Source: Zootoca vivipara (taxonomy: Eukaryota). Taken from it: DNA of 64,000 nt. Below the pieces are notes generated by a model, which was given only the letters and a program-made list of their open reading frames with translations, was not told where the DNA came from and searched no databases. Within the stretch, counting starts at the first letter, position 1. Every line of letters starts with the position of its first letter. The stretch is from the NCBI RefSeq assembly GCF_963506605.1, contig NC_083292.1:15500001-15564000 (forward strand), written 5' to 3'. A program made the translations under genes and the position numbers. Positions 48,635-57,506 of this stretch are shown in pieces.

Positions 48635-51600
48635 ACTCACTCACTCACTCACACACACCCACACACACCTTCTCTTTCCTCAGCTAAGTTCTTCCTGTCC
48701 CAGCGGCGACGCACCCAGGAGACTCCGCTGAGGAACCAGGCACCCAAGGCTTGCTGGCTTGCCCAGCCGTCTCCGGCCCTGGCGCTTGGCAGCACGCCCT
48801 GGCAGGCAGGGCTGCCACTCCGTGCCCGCTGGCTCAGGCATAGGCTCTGTGCCCGGAGGGCTGCTGGGCGGGGCTCCTCGCTCGGCCGGTGCTTCCTTTT
48901 TAATTTTTTCTTTTCCCGGCATTGTCGGGCGAGGGGCGGGCCAGCGAGGAGGGGCGTCACGCCAGTCAGCCACTAGCGTGGCGCCTCGCTAACCCGCCCC
49001 TCGCCCGGCAACGGCGGGAGGAGAAAAAATAAAAGAGGAAGCTGCAGCCGGCATGGAGGCGAGGGGCGGGCCAGTTAGGAGGGAGGGGCGTCAGCGTCAG
49101 CCAGCCAATAACGCGCCGCCATGCTAGCCTAGCCTGCCCCTCACCTCCTCCCAGGTCCCGCCCCCCAGCCCGGCAGCTTCAGGAAAAAAAAGAGGAATCC
49201 ACAGGCGCGCCGGGGGAAAAAACCAAAAGAAAGGCGCACAGGGGCGCCGTGGGAGGGCGGCAAGCGACGGTGGCGTTAGTATCCGCCCCGGAGCCGCGGC
49301 AAAGGTGTAAAAGAGCCGCATGCGGCTCCGGAGCCGCGGGTTGCCGACCCCCGCTCCAGACCATGATGAAGGTCACAAAGGCATCTGCCAGGAGCTGCTG
49401 GAGTCCTGACAAAGAAGCCAAGTCCAGCCAGAGGGCTAGGCAACCCCTAACTTGCCAGCCTGCAGGCCTTCCGTCCCACACAGCTGCTTCTCACTCATAG
49501 TTGCTCCTATTTGCCACCTTAGACACCACCTTCCCCCATTGTGCGCAAACCACAACACAGCTGAAGGGGAAAGCAGAGAGGCAACACCTGGGAGAGAGAA
49601 GGGGCTCCACGGGTCACAAGAGCATCAGCAAAGCAGCTATGAGAGAAGCCCAGGGCTTTGGCTCACCAGCTTCTGGAAGAGGTCCCCCACCCTCTGTTGG
49701 TGGCTCCACTGCTGCACCCGCGGGAAGAGCCCGTCATAGAAGTCCTTGTGGATCTCGTAGAGCTCAGGCACTTTGAAGAAGATGGTTTCGATCTGCTGGC
49801 TGGTCAGCACAGGCTGTGAGGTGGTGGCAGCAGCTTTCAGAGGCTTCATGGGCTGGAAAACAGAGACCCCCCCTTCATGCAGGTGAAAAAACAAAGGCAC
49901 CCACCAGGGCTTCCTGTCTGATCACGCCAGAATATCCCCATTTGGACATGCTACAAATCAGCCTTGCTCAACCTGGTCTCCTCCAAATATTTTGGACTAC
50001 AACACAGCCATGCTGGCTGGAGGTGAGGGGGTGTTAAAATCCAAAACATCTCCAGGTTGAGGAAGGCTGTTCCAGATCTTTGTGAAAAAGCCCAATCCTA
50101 TCCCGTTCTCCCATGAAGCGTAAGACACGGTGGCCACCTCAGGAACCCTCTGCTCACAACCACCAAGCAGAGTCTACTGGGGAATTGTCCAGCTGAAGTC
50201 CCATTTAAATGAATAGGAACAGTTTACAAAAGCCCGACAATGCTCTTGCACAGCTTCCATTACTTCTAATGAAGGGTGGGCTGAACTGGAGAGCTTCCCA
50301 GTCAGTTAGGATGAGGGAAATCCCTTTTGGCTACTCCACCGCAAGTTCACAGTGTCTTCAGCCAGTTCTGGAACTAAAACCCACGCTTCCCCATCCACGT
50401 TCCTGTGTGTTCTTACCAGCAACAGAGCTTCAAGGTGACCTAAGTAGGTTTCTTCACTAGCCAGGATTCCAGACAGGACCCATTTCCTCATCTCCAAGCC
50501 CTTCTCCAAGTCTGGCTCACTCTAGAGAAAGGAAAGACACAATAAAAACAATGGTAAGGCAGTGCAGAAGGCAGCTCCCTAAGCTGGATGTGGAATTGGG
50601 GATTAAAGGAGAATTTTGTTAAGTCTGCATTTTAAGTGAAATGACTCAATTCCCACCTCCAATACCAAGGCGCATACCAGAACACGTACTTATCCCTTTG
50701 CATTTCACACTTCCCGGTTCAAATGACATATTAAAATGCATGCAGTGTTCAGAAATGCACACAGAGAGGTGAAATACATTGTGACAAAATATGCATTTAG
50801 CTACAAATTTTCATACTTTTAAATGCAGAAAATAGCAGGGACTTATGAATGAGCCTGAGCGAAATTAACTCGGAATGAAAATAGGCAGAACCATCCAACC
50901 CTAGCTGTGATGCTTCAAAGACTCATAAATCTCATTCTGACAGGGGTGCTGCAGGGAAACTTGCCTGCACTAAAACGGTGGCACGCAGGCCAAAAAAAAA
51001 AAGATCCGTTTGCTAGGCAGGGAGCACCTAGCATACCCCCCCAAAACAGAAGATACATAAAGTGTGAAGGGGAGGTGGTGAAAGGAAGCAGGCTTAGTTT
51101 CACACCTTGATTTTGAGTTAGCAGACTCCGGCACTGCTTACCTGGAGTACAGTTGTAAGACAGACAGACCCACCATCCCTCAGATGTTGTGTAAAATCAG
51201 AAATTGGGGTGGGAAAGAAGAATGAAATATGAATCAGCAGCATAAAAGGCTTAGCCATTCTACAGCTCTTTGATGCTTGTTGCCCATTTGCAAGGAATAG
51301 TGCCATGTCCCCACTAGGCACTGTTGCTGTGCAAAAACCACTCAAGTCCTCCAGCTGACAGGCACATCCTAGGATCTCTAAAGCAGGCCCCAAACACCTC
51401 GGAGGCCTGGGTGCTCTTTGTACCAGCACACTCAACCCTTGGGGTTCAAGGAGCAATTTATTCTCGGGTTCAAGGATCGATTTGTTATCAGTTTTGTACA
51501 AAGAAGGTCATCAGCTCAACATCAACAGCATAGTCCATACAGTACAGGAAGTTGCTTGGTTCTTTCGCGTGCTTAGAGTGAAGTCACAGGTGCAAATCCA

Positions 51601-54600
51601 TCAGCAGTTTTACGGAAGCCGCTAAACTCCAAACTGCACTGCAGTGCCGGCCAGTTGATCACATGCTCTCTTTTGTGCAGCCCCACCCCATTTCTCACTG
51701 CTCACCTTTGCCCCAACCTTCCCTCTTATGATTACTAATATTTATGGTGGGCCCCTTCGTACCAATCCCTGCAGGCACACTCCTTAGCAGAGGCAGGAGT
51801 CGTCCAGCCTAAAACTTCAAACCCATGTGCTTGCTTATTTTTCATTTCAAAAAATAATAATGCTGTGCTGCCCTTTGGTAGCAATATTAGGGCTGTCTAT
51901 ACAGCAGATCTCACAAGATAATAACAACAAATTACAAAGCAAGACAGCAGTTTTAAAAAATACTAGCTGAACTGCATCTCCCAGCACTGTTGGCCAACTG
52001 GGGTTCTCATGGTAAGCATCTCACACTTTGAATTGTGGTTGGAAACAGAGCGGGGAAGACATTTTAGAAATAGGTGGGAGCTGTTCCTCCAACAAAGTTA
52101 TTAAATTTGTAAATCATCTGAGTGGTTAAAGAAGCCTGGGTGTCAAGGGTTTGTAAATGCCGGTGGCCCACATTTTTCCGCTTGTCTACCAAAATACTTT
52201 TGCAAGGAAGCCAGCAGTGTTGTAGTGAAGTTTCAAGCGCAGGAGCCCCTCGTGGCAGCCCCCTCCCAAGCACCCCTGAAAGAAGATTCATAGAGAAATA
52301 GATGCATGCACTCAAGAGTTAAATTAACTGAAAGTCATTGATGAATGAACTGGCAAAGTGTGGTGATTGTGGTTAACAAGCTGGAATTTTACTGAGGAGG
52401 CCTAGCTTTGCACCAGCCATGACTACAATCCTGTGCATAGTTTCTGGGGAGTGAACTCTGTTGGCCTCCCCTACGCTCTAGCTTCAGCTGGCAAAACACA
52501 GAGATTTTAACAAGTGTTCTTCAGCCAGCTGAAACGTGACTTCTAAAAATGCAAGGAACTAGAACATTAGACAAGCCTGGTAGGTTAGGCCAATGGCTCA
52601 TCTAGTCCAACATCCTGTTCTCACAGTGGCCAACTTTATGCCTGCGGGAAGCCTGCAAGCTGTAAATGAGCACCACAACTGTTATCATTTAGGCTGCTGG
52701 CACAAGGGAGAGAAACATCCAGCCTCTATCTAGCTGATTATTGTCCTCCTCCTCCAAAAGTCTCATCATCACTTCCTTCACTTTGAAAGAACAGGGAGGG
52801 TCCATCAGTTACCCAGAAGATGATGTAATTGCTCCTGATCTGGAAAGTCCAGGCATTGTGCTCCCCCCCCCTCCAAGTTCCTGCCCCTCTATGCCACAGG
52901 GAAGGAACCAGGATGCTGCTGCAGAGTGTATTCAGTTGTGGCAGGCTGTGGATTCCGTGAAACGCAAATATCAGAAAGGGTCAGCTCCATCCTGGAACCT
53001 GTTTTGAAATGGCTTGAGGCCCTTCCCCGTTTCGCTTCAATTAATAACAATGCAAGAGTAAGGAATTAAGGTCTGGAAACACAATGAATGAGCAATGCTG
53101 CACAGCAGGCCCTACTGGCACCTGCCTCCAGCAAGGGAAATGTTGTTTTTCAGTGGGTGTATTAAAGAGGGAGCTGTAAAGAACAAGTATCTTCCCCCAT
53201 GACTTTGTGGGAAGCAGCACAATGAATATTTTCAGAGCAGAGACTTCCAGTAAAAAAAAAAAAAGGAAGAGGGGGTGGGGGAGACACAGAGAGGCCAATG
53301 GGGGATGAAGAGCGGAGAGAGACAGAGAGATATTAATTAGGATCCTTATAACGTACATTATCTTCCGAGGCTTCTGTTTAATAAGCTGCTGGAGAAGGTT
53401 TCACTGCTTGAGTGGTGCTGAACAGGGAATGTTTTCTGCAGAACCAGCCGGCTGTGCTTCATGTGGAGAGAGGTGGAGGAGCAGGGAGAGAAGCCAACAT
53501 TTATTTATAACCACCCAATGGTGTTCATGCCAACCTCTGCTCAGGAAGGGCTTGTACATTCAGGCAAAACCATTAAAACAGCAGAGAACAAGCAGGAGGA
53601 AGAGGAGGAGGAGGAGAGGCAGAGCGAGGGGGAAAGCCAACACCAGCCTCAAGCAGGTGATCTTGGGAGTCAAGCAAAAGGCAAGGTGGGGGATGCCAAG
53701 GACAACGCCAAGGACGATGCCAGAGTAGGCCTTGCATTGCTTGACAAAGCACTGGCTGAGCACTCCCTGCCCCCTCCCAGGCCATGCACCACAAGAGCCA
53801 AGACCCTGATCCAGAGCAGAAAGGAGCCTGGAAGGAGGAGATGTAGCCAGAGCTGGCCTGGAGGCTTGCCGTAGACCACAATCCCAGGCTACCCATTGCC
53901 CACACAGACACACACACACAAAATTATTTCTCCTGGCCTTTGCTGGGAGGACTGCTTGCAAGGGAAGAGGCATGGCAGGAGCACCCCCATCCCCAAGCAA
54001 CAGCTGACTCCAAGGGACTAGCCAAGCCCGCTGCATCAGAGAGGCTGCAGACCAATCTGGGGGTTCTCACCATAGCCAGGCCTAAACCAGGCCAGAGAGC
54101 TGCCCCAGAGGGCACAATAGGCTGTGCTTTCATAGCTGCCTTGCCATTACTTGTCTATTTATTGTCATGGTACAGAAAGCCAGCATCATGGTGGTGGTGT
54201 CCTGCACATATTGGACTCCCAATTTCAGCCCCAGTGGTCAGGTTGGCCAACAGTCCTATGAGTTCAATAGCATCGAATGCCTAGACAGCTCATTGGTTAG
54301 AGCATGGTGCTGATAATGCCAAGGTTGCAAGCTCGATCCCCATATGGGACAGCTGCATATTCCTGCATTGCAGGGGGTTGCATTAAATGATCCTCAGGGT
54401 CCCTTCCAACTCTACAATTCTATGATCTGGACGGCACCATGTTGACCACTCCTGTCCTATGGTACTTTACGCTGCCTTGAGCATTCTGAATGAGACATCA
54501 CATCTAATAGAAAAATTGAGCTTTTCTTAGTAAACTGGGATTCCTGAGGAGTAGCCAGGCTGGGCCACAAGTGCCTCCCATACTTCTCTCCATTGATGGT

Positions 54601-56682
54601 GATGATGTTGATGCATAATAATGCAGATTTATACACCACTTCCTAGCCAGGAGCTACCAAAGTGTTGTATACAAAGAGAGCAAAAAAAGATAAAACTACA
54701 AGGACAGAATGAACAAACAAAAAACGAAAACTCCATTCCTACAGCTTTGCAGTTATCATACCATAAATTGACTAGGTCACACTTCAGGGAAAAGACTTCT
54801 TAAAAGAAAAAGAAAAAGTTGGGGTCAAAACAACATCACCAGACTGATGCAGTATTTCCCTCCCCTATCAGCAAAGAGTTAAAGCATTTTTGGGGAAGTG
54901 CCACAGGCAATCTCTGCTCCTCAGTGCCAAACTGCCCAAGGCCGGAAGAGAAAGTATTTCTCAAACCAGTTTGGCCACCCTTTGATACTACCCCAGATGG
55001 GATGTACCAACCAGCTGCTGACTAGGCAAGGCCACCTTTCTGATGTCTACAAGCCAGGATGTTCTGTCAGAGCTGCTCTTAAAAGCTCCTCAGCCACCAC
55101 CGCAGAAGAGCTTCTCACACAGCCGCTGGCAAGCAGGAAGGGCCAGCTCCTGGCACAACTTTGATTCTAGAAATCAGCCCCGGCGGCACAATCAGAAGCT
55201 ACAACCACTGCCTGAGTGCAGAGGCATGTGACTTTAGAGCAGCCTTTCCCTAAGCTGATGCCCTCCAAACACTTTGGGATACATCTCCCATCAGCCCTAG
55301 CCAGCAAGGACCATTGGATGCTGGTGCTAGCCCAAAATATCTGGAGGGCACCAGGCTGGGGAAAGCTGCTTTAAGCAGACATTGATGCTAGCAACCAGGC
55401 ACGCTGCATTCTCCCCTCTCCCCCTCCTGCGGAAGCAGACTCTGGGGAAATTAAAAGGCCTTGCTTCTTGCTCCAGCTGCTACGGCTGAGGAATCGTAAA
55501 AGGAACCACAAAAAAAGATGAGTGACAGCGGGTGGCTCTGGGAATTAAAAGCATGCGCAAAAGATGCCAAAAGCTCCCTGCAGTGGGCAAAAAGCGGAGA
55601 GAGAGTGTGTTCACATCCTTGTATTGTTTTGCTCCTTCCCCACAATCTTATGGCGAATGCAGACCCTTTATTTATTTAGAGAGCAAACTCTTGAAAGGGA
55701 AGGCAAGGCAGTGCACACCCCAGAGACAACAGTGTCATTTTGCACATTAGGAATGGTGATCCTGTGGCCCTTCAGATCTGGCCCTGATCACTCGCCAGGC
55801 TGGCTGAGGCTGCTGGGAGTTGTAGTCCAGCAATGCCTGCATGGCCCAGGTTCACCACCCCTGTTCTATAGAAAATGAGAAAGCTTCTGTCATACTGGAT
55901 GATTCACGTACTGACGATTGATGTACACACAGCAGGATCCTTGAGCTACCAAGGAGTTAATTTCAGCTTAGTTTAACCCCCTCCGCTGGGAAGATGATCT
56001 TAACTGGCAGCTTGGCAGGCAAAGGGCAGAGTTGGCTTCTGGGAAGGTCAGAGCATGTACATGTACACTTGCAGGCCGACCCAGAAGAGACCAAGGGCTG
56101 AGCATCATGGGTCAGATCTCAGGGGGCAGGAAGAAAGAAGGCAGCCAGACCTGCCTGGATGTGATACTCCACACGTGGCAAATCGGTGGGGCAAAGGACT
56201 CACCCTTCCCGACAACTGCAGCTTTCATTTGGGAACATAAGCAAGCCACAATCCCTTCCTTATCTCTATGACAATGAACCTGAACACAACATCTGCGGAG
56301 ATCTCTCAATGGCCAGAGAGGGCACCTCCAGTACTTTGGCCTGAACAGCTCTGTGTGCAGACACACACTTCCAACTGACAAAACAATAGATTGTACGAAA
56401 TACGGGAGAAAAACCACTAGTACATAAATTGGGCAGATGAGAGAACCTGAATGGGTTGGCTCCTACAGTCCGCTCCAAGAGTCAAAAGGAGGCTTACTGA
56501 TTTTGTGGATTCCAGAGACCCCGAGGAAAGGGTGTCCCGGCTGCCTCGGCTCTTGGAGCTGAGATGGGGAGAGGAGGAGGGCGAGTCGTCGATGTAGGGC
56601 ATCATGTCATGGTGGCGACGCTGCTCTTCGGCCCTGTCCACGTCATAGGCATAGCCGGGTGGCATCCCGCTAAAAGACAAGT
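1073..56682 (-). CDS. BCR: BCR activator of RhoGEF and GTPase, partial gene (coding exons 2-21 in window; DH, PH, C2 and most of RhoGAP domain)
   Basis: 20 minus-strand exons with canonical AG/GT ends and compatible phases. They translate to near-identical BCR peptides ([92 protein letters not shown]). Residues follow BCR rather than paralogue ABR. Confidence 0.98.
2557..2691 (-). CDS. BCR: BCR exon 20 ([32 protein letters not shown]...FAEGI)
   Basis: 135 bp, tcag| ... |gtgcg. Confidence 0.97.
3198..3337 (-). CDS. BCR: BCR exon 19 ([13 protein letters not shown]...AAFDV), RhoGAP domain
   Basis: 140 bp, gcag| ... |gtgag; contains GIYRVSG arginine-finger motif. Confidence 0.97.
3964..4581. 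mobile_element. Tc1/mariner (Tigger/pogo-like) MITE with a second MITE nested at 4067-4403
   Basis: Outer TIR CAGTGGTGCCTCGCT / AGCGAGGCACCACTG with TA flanks; inner TIR CAGTGGTACCTCAGTTTATGAAC / GTTCATAAACCGAGGTTCCACTG with TA flanks. Confidence 0.88.
5023..5132 (-). CDS. BCR: BCR exon 18 ([37 protein letters not shown])
   Basis: 110 bp, caag| ... |gtgag. Confidence 0.97.
7088..7147 (-). CDS. BCR: BCR exon 17 ([20 protein letters not shown])
   Basis: 60 bp, tcag| ... |gtaag. Confidence 0.96.
7227..7655 (-). mobile_element. L2-like LINE 3-prime fragment
   Basis: Homologous to 247-596. Confidence 0.75.
8627..8674. repeat. (GAAT/GAGT)n microsatellite
   Basis: Directly visible. Confidence 0.9.
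8692..8853 (-). CDS. BCR: Candidate alternative first coding exon of a short RhoGAP-only BCR isoform
   Basis: ATG-initiated 54-codon frame ending AAG|gttggc in phase 0, compatible with exon 17. C-terminal [14 protein letters not shown] resembles RLWGRVRNKLLRNK of the short ABR isoform (recalled). Confidence 0.55.
9988..10123. mobile_element. Palindromic hAT MITE (GGACTACAA family; many degenerate copies in window)
   Basis: 8-bp TSD CTCTAACC, CAGGCA...TGCCTG ends. Confidence 0.85.
10805..11277 (-). mobile_element. RTE-clade LINE 3-prime fragment
   Basis: Frameshifted [30 protein letters not shown]...[21 protein letters not shown] (C-terminal C2H2 finger). Confidence 0.85.
11490..12147. mobile_element. 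Non-autonomous hAT element carrying MCAT cargo (Pack-hAT-like)
   Basis: Perfect 8-bp TSD ACTTCATC (11482-11489, 12148-12155); CAG...CTG ends with imperfect TIR (CAGTATCATCTT / AAGACGCCTCTG); subterminal CGCCCTGG motifs. Confidence 0.8.
11604..11885 (-). pseudogene. MCAT: Captured fragment of mitochondrial malonyl-CoA:ACP transacylase exon 1 (degenerate)
   Basis: Translation [15 protein letters not shown]...[21 protein letters not shown] matches the MCAT/FabD N-terminal LFPGQGSQ motif and human [35 protein letters not shown]. Frameshift near 11788, 2-codon deletion, stop at 11600. Confidence 0.85.
13255..13490. mobile_element. Tigger-like MITE
   Basis: TA-CAGTCGTACCTTGGA ... TCCAAGGTATGACTG-TA. 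Confidence 0.85.
15408..15539 (-). CDS. BCR: BCR exon 16 ([21 protein letters not shown]...GKGQIQ)
   Basis: 132 bp, gcag| ... |gtggg. Confidence 0.97.
15837..16483 (+). mobile_element. Non-autonomous Helitron
   Basis: Starts TCCTATATAATAAA after an A, ends CTAG before a T, no TSD; subterminal hairpin GCCCGTT-TACTG-AACGGGC (16452-16470) 9 nt before CTAG. Confidence 0.88.
17850..17947 (-). CDS. BCR: BCR exon 15 ([32 protein letters not shown])
   Basis: 98 bp, ctag| ... |gtagg. Confidence 0.97.
18769..19020 (-). mobile_element. tRNA-derived SINE (Squam3-like)
   Basis: Minus strand GAGAGCCAGTGTGGTGTAGTGGTTAAGAGCGG (A box)...GGTTCGCGTCTCC (B box), (CTT)n tail. Confidence 0.8.
19198..19272 (-). 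CDS. BCR: BCR exon 14 / b3 ([25 protein letters not shown])
   Basis: 75 bp, acag| ... |gtgag. Confidence 0.96.
19844..19948 (-). CDS. BCR: BCR exon 13 / b2 ([34 protein letters not shown])
   Basis: 105 bp, gcag| ... |gtgag. Confidence 0.97.
20623..20698 (-). CDS. BCR: BCR exon 12 / b1 ([25 protein letters not shown])
   Basis: 76 bp, tcag| ... |gtacg. Confidence 0.96.
21846..21965 (-). CDS. BCR: BCR exon 11 (RANKGSK...VHNRNGK)
   Basis: 120 bp, tcag| ... |gtgag. Confidence 0.97.
23413..23740 (+). mobile_element. L2-like LINE 3-prime fragment
   Basis: Reverse complement of 247-596, (TTA)n tail. Confidence 0.75.
24371..24539 (-). CDS. BCR: BCR exon 10 ([13 protein letters not shown]...DIQREK)
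   Basis: 169 bp, gcag| ... |gtaaa. Confidence 0.96.
24924..25153. mobile_element. Tigger-like MITE (same family as 13255-13490)
   Basis: TA-CAGTCGTACCTTGG ... CCAAGGTACGACTG-TA. Confidence 0.85.
25594..25715 (-). CDS. BCR: BCR exon 9 ([26 protein letters not shown]...)
   Basis: 122 bp, gcag| ... |gtgag; start of PH domain. Confidence 0.96.
25912..26110 (+). mobile_element. tRNA-derived SINE (related heads at 38225-38310 and 46700-46915)
   Basis: TAGCTCAG..GTAGAGCAT...GGTTCAATCCC head followed by non-tRNA body. Confidence 0.7.
26207..26481 (+). mobile_element. BovB (RTE) LINE 3-prime fragment
   Basis: [25 protein letters not shown]...[12 protein letters not shown], (CAA)n tail. Confidence 0.93.
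28000..28500 (+). mobile_element. Degenerate L1/Tx1-like LINE 3-prime end (continues after BovB at about 29123-29230; related remnants at 46270-46630 and 58720-59080)
   Basis: [23 protein letters not shown]-like reading followed by an AT-rich UTR. Confidence 0.5.
28512..29122 (+). mobile_element. BovB (RTE) LINE 3-prime fragment, open 198-codon frame
   Basis: [48 protein letters not shown]...RTRLND, (CAA)n tail. Confidence 0.95.
29777..30252. mobile_element. Penelope-like element fragment (inverted arrangement, interrupted by a Sauria SINE)
   Basis: GAAAGCTCATACC...TTAGTTGGTCTC|TAAGGTGCTACTGGA...CCAACACGGCTAC motifs, inverted partial copy at left. Confidence 0.7.
29910..30176 (+). mobile_element. 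Sauria SINE, 5-prime truncated, inserted in a Penelope fragment
   Basis: Homologous to 34897-35243; (ACCTTT)n tail. Confidence 0.85.
30734..31008 (-). mobile_element. BovB LINE 3-prime fragment
   Basis: Same C-terminal peptide on minus strand, (TTG)n at left. Confidence 0.93.
34897..35243 (-). mobile_element. Sauria SINE, near full length
   Basis: tRNA-like head GGTGGCGCTGTGGGCTAAACC...GGTTCGAATCC, body and CCTTTA-type tail. Confidence 0.88.
35586..36130 (+). mobile_element. Solo LTR (Gypsy-like) inserted in a CR1 fragment
   Basis: TGTCAGGGG...CCCCTGACA termini, 5-bp TSD GGTAT/GGCAT, AATAAA at 36061. Confidence 0.8.
36136..36486 (+). mobile_element. CR1 LINE 3-prime fragment (continues from about 35565-35585 across the LTR)
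   Basis: Degenerate [24 protein letters not shown] reading, ends CAATTCTATGAT CR1 tail. Confidence 0.85.
37729..38040 (-). mobile_element. Penelope-like element terminal repeat fragment with hammerhead motif
   Basis: Homologous to 29777-30252; minus strand contains CTGAAGA...GAAAGCTC. Confidence 0.72.
37832..37869 (-). ncRNA. Minimal type I hammerhead ribozyme motif (Penelope-derived)
   Basis: GUAU-CUGAAGA-A-GUGUGCAUGCACAU-GAAA-GC-UC-AUAC: core boxes, palindromic stem II, AGCU stem III, 4-bp stem I. Confidence 0.6.
38313..38640 (-). mobile_element. BovB LINE 3-prime fragment
   Basis: Same C-terminal peptide on minus strand. Confidence 0.93.
38934..39074 (-). CDS. BCR: BCR exon 8 ([10 protein letters not shown]...TVQKGE)
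   Basis: 141 bp, gcag| ... |gtgag. Confidence 0.97.
40622..40674 (-). CDS. BCR: BCR exon 7 ([17 protein letters not shown])
   Basis: 53 bp, acag| ... |gtaag. Confidence 0.96.
40818..40878 (-). CDS. BCR: BCR exon 6 ([20 protein letters not shown])
   Basis: 61 bp, atag| ... |gtaag; not in ORF track, translated by hand. Confidence 0.94.
41752..41783. repeat. (GA)n microsatellite
   Basis: Directly visible. Confidence 0.95.
41897..42004 (-). CDS. BCR: BCR exon 5 ([10 protein letters not shown]...FAEISE)
   Basis: 108 bp, gcag| ... |gtaac. Confidence 0.97.
43472..43785 (+). mobile_element. CR1 LINE 3-prime fragment
   Basis: [63 protein letters not shown] tail. Confidence 0.9.
43915..44050. mobile_element. 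Palindromic hAT MITE
   Basis: 8-bp TSD TTCTAGGC, TIR CAGGCATAGGCAACCTTGGC / GCCAAGGTTGCCTACGCCTG. Confidence 0.87.
45889..46262. mobile_element. Non-autonomous hAT (Charlie-like)
   Basis: 8-bp TSD CTCTAGAA, TIR CAGCGTTTCTCAACC / GGTTGAGAAACACTG. Confidence 0.9.
47728..47808. repeat. (GGAA/GGGA)n microsatellite
   Basis: Directly visible. Confidence 0.9.
48596..48668. repeat. (TCTG)n(TCAC)n(CA)n compound microsatellite
   Basis: Directly visible. Confidence 0.9.
49667..49852 (-). CDS. BCR: BCR exon 4 ([11 protein letters not shown]...VGDLFQKL)
   Basis: 186 bp, ccag| ... |gtgag. Confidence 0.97.
50417..50521 (-). CDS. BCR: BCR exon 3 ([35 protein letters not shown])
   Basis: 105 bp, ctag| ... 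|gtaag. Confidence 0.96.
54284..54426 (+). mobile_element. tRNA-head SINE with CR1-derived tail
   Basis: AGCTCATTGGTTAGAGCATGGTGCTGATAATGCCAAGG head; CCTTCCAACTCTACAATTCTATGAT tail. Confidence 0.7.
56498..56682 (-). CDS. BCR: BCR exon 2 ([11 protein letters not shown]...LESTKS)
   Basis: 185 bp, gcag| ... |gtaag. Confidence 0.95.
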
Positions 56683-57228
56683 CTGCGAAGAAAAGCAAAT
56701 GGTTTTGATGAGTAGCATCATTCATTCAGTCTACTAGTTACTTGCCACATAAGCTGCCTAAATAAGCACATCATAAAGGTGGAATGAAGCTGCAGAAGGA
56801 AAACAGGAAAGGAATATTTTGCTCAGTGTTGTGCAGATGCCCTGGAAAAATGAGAGAGCGGAAGTGTGGCCAGTGTAGAAGCAGCCTCATCCTTCAGTGC
56901 TGCTTTGCACTCAGACTGCAATGTCCCAGGTTCCTGCCCTTCCTGGTTTTCCTGCAGTCATGTCTCCTGCAAGACTATCCTGGGTCCTCCCTAACTAGCA
57001 CCAAAGTGCATTCAGAAAATTCTCACAATCTTTCCAGCAAGTGTCCGTTTGTTTGGGACTGCAGCTCATTTCAGAGGATTCCTGACTCAGAAGACAGAGA
57101 TAATGAACTATGCAGAGCTGTGGAGTAGGGAAGAGAGGAGGTTTCTGCCCAAGACCATGGGAAGCTACTTGTGGGACTTTGGTCTAGTCCAAAGTAGCCC
57201 ACCGGAATAGAATGCCTGTATCTTTCAT

Positions 57229-57506
57229 GGGTTAAACCACTGAGCCTAGGGCTTGCTGATCAGAAGGTCGGCGGTTCGAATCCCTGTGACGGGGTGAGCT
57301 CCCGTTGCTTGGTCCCAGCTCCTGCCAACCTAGCAGTTCGAAAGCACGTCAAAATGCAAGTAGATAAATAGGAACTGCTACAGCGGGAAGGTAAACGGCG
57401 TTTCCGTGTGCTGCTCTGGGTTGCCAGAAGCGGCTTTGTCATGCTGGCCACATGACCTGGAAGCTATACGCCGGCTCCCTTGGCCAATAATGCGAGATGA
57501 GCACGC
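57229..57506 (+). mobile_element. Sauria SINE, truncated
   Basis: Reverse complement of much of 34897-35243. Confidence 0.85.

Larger units (their letters stand above)
47500..49400. promoter_or_regulatory. CpG island / candidate internal promoter in BCR intron 4
   Basis: Very high GC and CpG density; GC boxes at 48153, 48933 and 49063; CCAAT at 49105; half-CRE (GCGTCA) motifs. Confidence 0.6.

Noticed and set aside
49360-49410. C/D box snoRNA (ATGATGA...CTGA)
   Set aside because: Only about 47 nt, no terminal stem, and antisense to the host gene.
53357-53510. TATA-like element, short ORF and GTACGT donor on the minus strand in intron 2
   Set aside because: The ATG frame stops just before the donor and the phase-0 frame contains a stop; it cannot be supported beyond a possible non-coding exon.
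53461-53874. Plus-strand acidic ORF with GLALLDKAL resembling an ABR isoform N-terminus
   Set aside because: Wrong strand relative to BCR and low complexity; likely coincidence.
1073-56682. ABR instead of BCR
   Set aside because: Exon peptides ([39 protein letters not shown]) follow BCR, not ABR.
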